This document shows, piece by piece, positions 58,226 to 59,368 of a stretch of 59,368 bases of DNA. How positions within the stretch are numbered: the first letter of the stretch is position 1; the number at the start of each line of letters is the position of its first letter. The stretch comes from Nemertoderma westbladi (lineage: Eukaryota > Animalia > Xenacoelomorpha): the NCBI GenBank assembly GCA_032718475.1, contig JAUCBJ010009094.1, forward strand, positions 1 through 59,368, in the 5' to 3' direction. A program made the position numbers and the translations under genes. Under the pieces are notes generated by a model. That model saw only the letters and a list, made by a program, of their open reading frames with translations. It searched no databases and was not told the origin of the DNA.

Positions 58226-59337
58226 CCAGCGTCTATGCCCGTTTGGCATTTAGCACTAGCAGTGTGCTGCGCATGTGTGCGTATGGAACTTTATATTGAA
58301 TTGAATGAATATATCAAAATAAATATCCACATACAACTTAACCAAAGCCCATCAACAAAAAGCAATATACTGATGGTACCAAAGGAAGGCCAACTAGTGA
58401 ATGTCCAGTCCAAGTATTAATTATTAAGGGGAACTTCATGTCTGTAGCCGCACCGCACCCCCAATAAACCTATACCAACCTGTCAGTACAATAACGATGG
58501 ATTCAAAAAATGATTTGTGATGATCGTTTGAATTTTTAAAGAATTGCTGTGCTGGTTGCGACGTCATCCCAATCTCAACAGTAAACTTCTGGAATTGAAG
58601 TTCCCACCCCGCTTTTATGACAGACAGCCTTTATCATCGTGTGCTCAAGGTGACCGAGCCCAGGTATTGGTAGTATCTGACTGCTCCACTCCGGCATCTT
58701 TTCTAGGCTCTTTAGCAGCAGGCACATGGGACTCCCATCCATAACAATGGGGGTCCATTGTCTAAGGCCAGGTATTCCTAAAGAAATGACATAACACATA
58801 AATAATAATAATTATTCAAAGAAACAGCACCTAGCTAATTCCTCAGTAAATAACATGATACTACAACACAGATTATAGCTAGGTAAATATTTTTTATTAC
58901 TATTGTAGAATATTGTTACATTTTTATTCCCCTTGCGGTTGAGGTACAACGGTCTGAGGGTGGGGTGGGGTGGGGTGGGTGGGGGGGGGGGGGGGGGGGG
59001 GGGGGGCGTTCATGGATGGAAATCATGACCTACCTGCTAGGTCGATGTTGCCACAGTTTCGTGTACAGCTTGATAACTCCCAGGATCTTTGGGCAGTGGT
59101 GGGTGGATGACCGTATCAGCGACGGACGGTTCACGATAACGTCCGAAATTATGTTCCTTTCAACAGCCAGTTCTATGAGTTTTTTATATGACTTATCGCA
59201 GAATGTGGTTAGTTGACCGTCAGCTGTTGATACCTCTTTATTAAGGAATGATAATTTGGAAAGTATAAACACACAGCGTAACTGTGGGGCGAGCCACGAA
59301 GTGAGAGAGCCTTAGCGTAGTGGTACCATTAATCAAC

Positions 59338-59368
59338 CTGTCGTTCTGTCGTTCTGTCGTTCTGTCGC
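59338..59368. repeat. 8 bp tandem repeat at window end
   Basis: (CTGTCGTT) x~4. Confidence 0.85.

Noticed and set aside
57970-58420. VPTQ / CVGT repeat proteins
   Set aside because: Translation of a 12 bp tandem repeat.
58965-59272. Short ORFs near the window end
   Set aside because: Poly-G-derived or motif-less, with upstream in-frame stops.

Overview
This is AT-rich animal (probably invertebrate) nuclear DNA with one N-gap. It is a heavily rearranged, repeat-rich locus rather than an ordinary gene neighbourhood. The left third (1-24 kb) is an ~8 kb tandem segmental duplication carrying intronless BAF-like (barrier-to-autointegration factor) genes and pseudogenes. One copy has received a poly(A)-tailed retrocopy with an intact nucleoside-phosphorylase-like ORF. 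The right two thirds (24.9-56.9 kb) form a large inverted repeat containing a Kolobok/Mutator-like DNA transposon, an orphan cbEGF exon and CR1-type LINE pieces. The left arm contains a single 13.3 kb insertion (28830-42158) bounded by a 10 bp target-site duplication, and two empty copies of the target are visible in the window. From left to right the insertion holds ~4.1 head-to-tail copies of a 2105 bp unit (a 76 aa Cys-rich ORF plus a 486 aa orphan ORF), an intact CRE-clade non-LTR retrotransposon with a Ulp1 protease domain, and the last exon/3'UTR of a class A GPCR. The 2105 bp units join at a palindrome that looks like the ligated complementary ends (panhandle) of a segmented RNA-virus genome segment, and the array stops at that terminus next to the retroelement. 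My main hypothesis (inference, no database search possible) is that the retroelement RT jumped onto a viral RNA segment and copied it repeatedly end to end, giving a concatemeric endogenous viral element.
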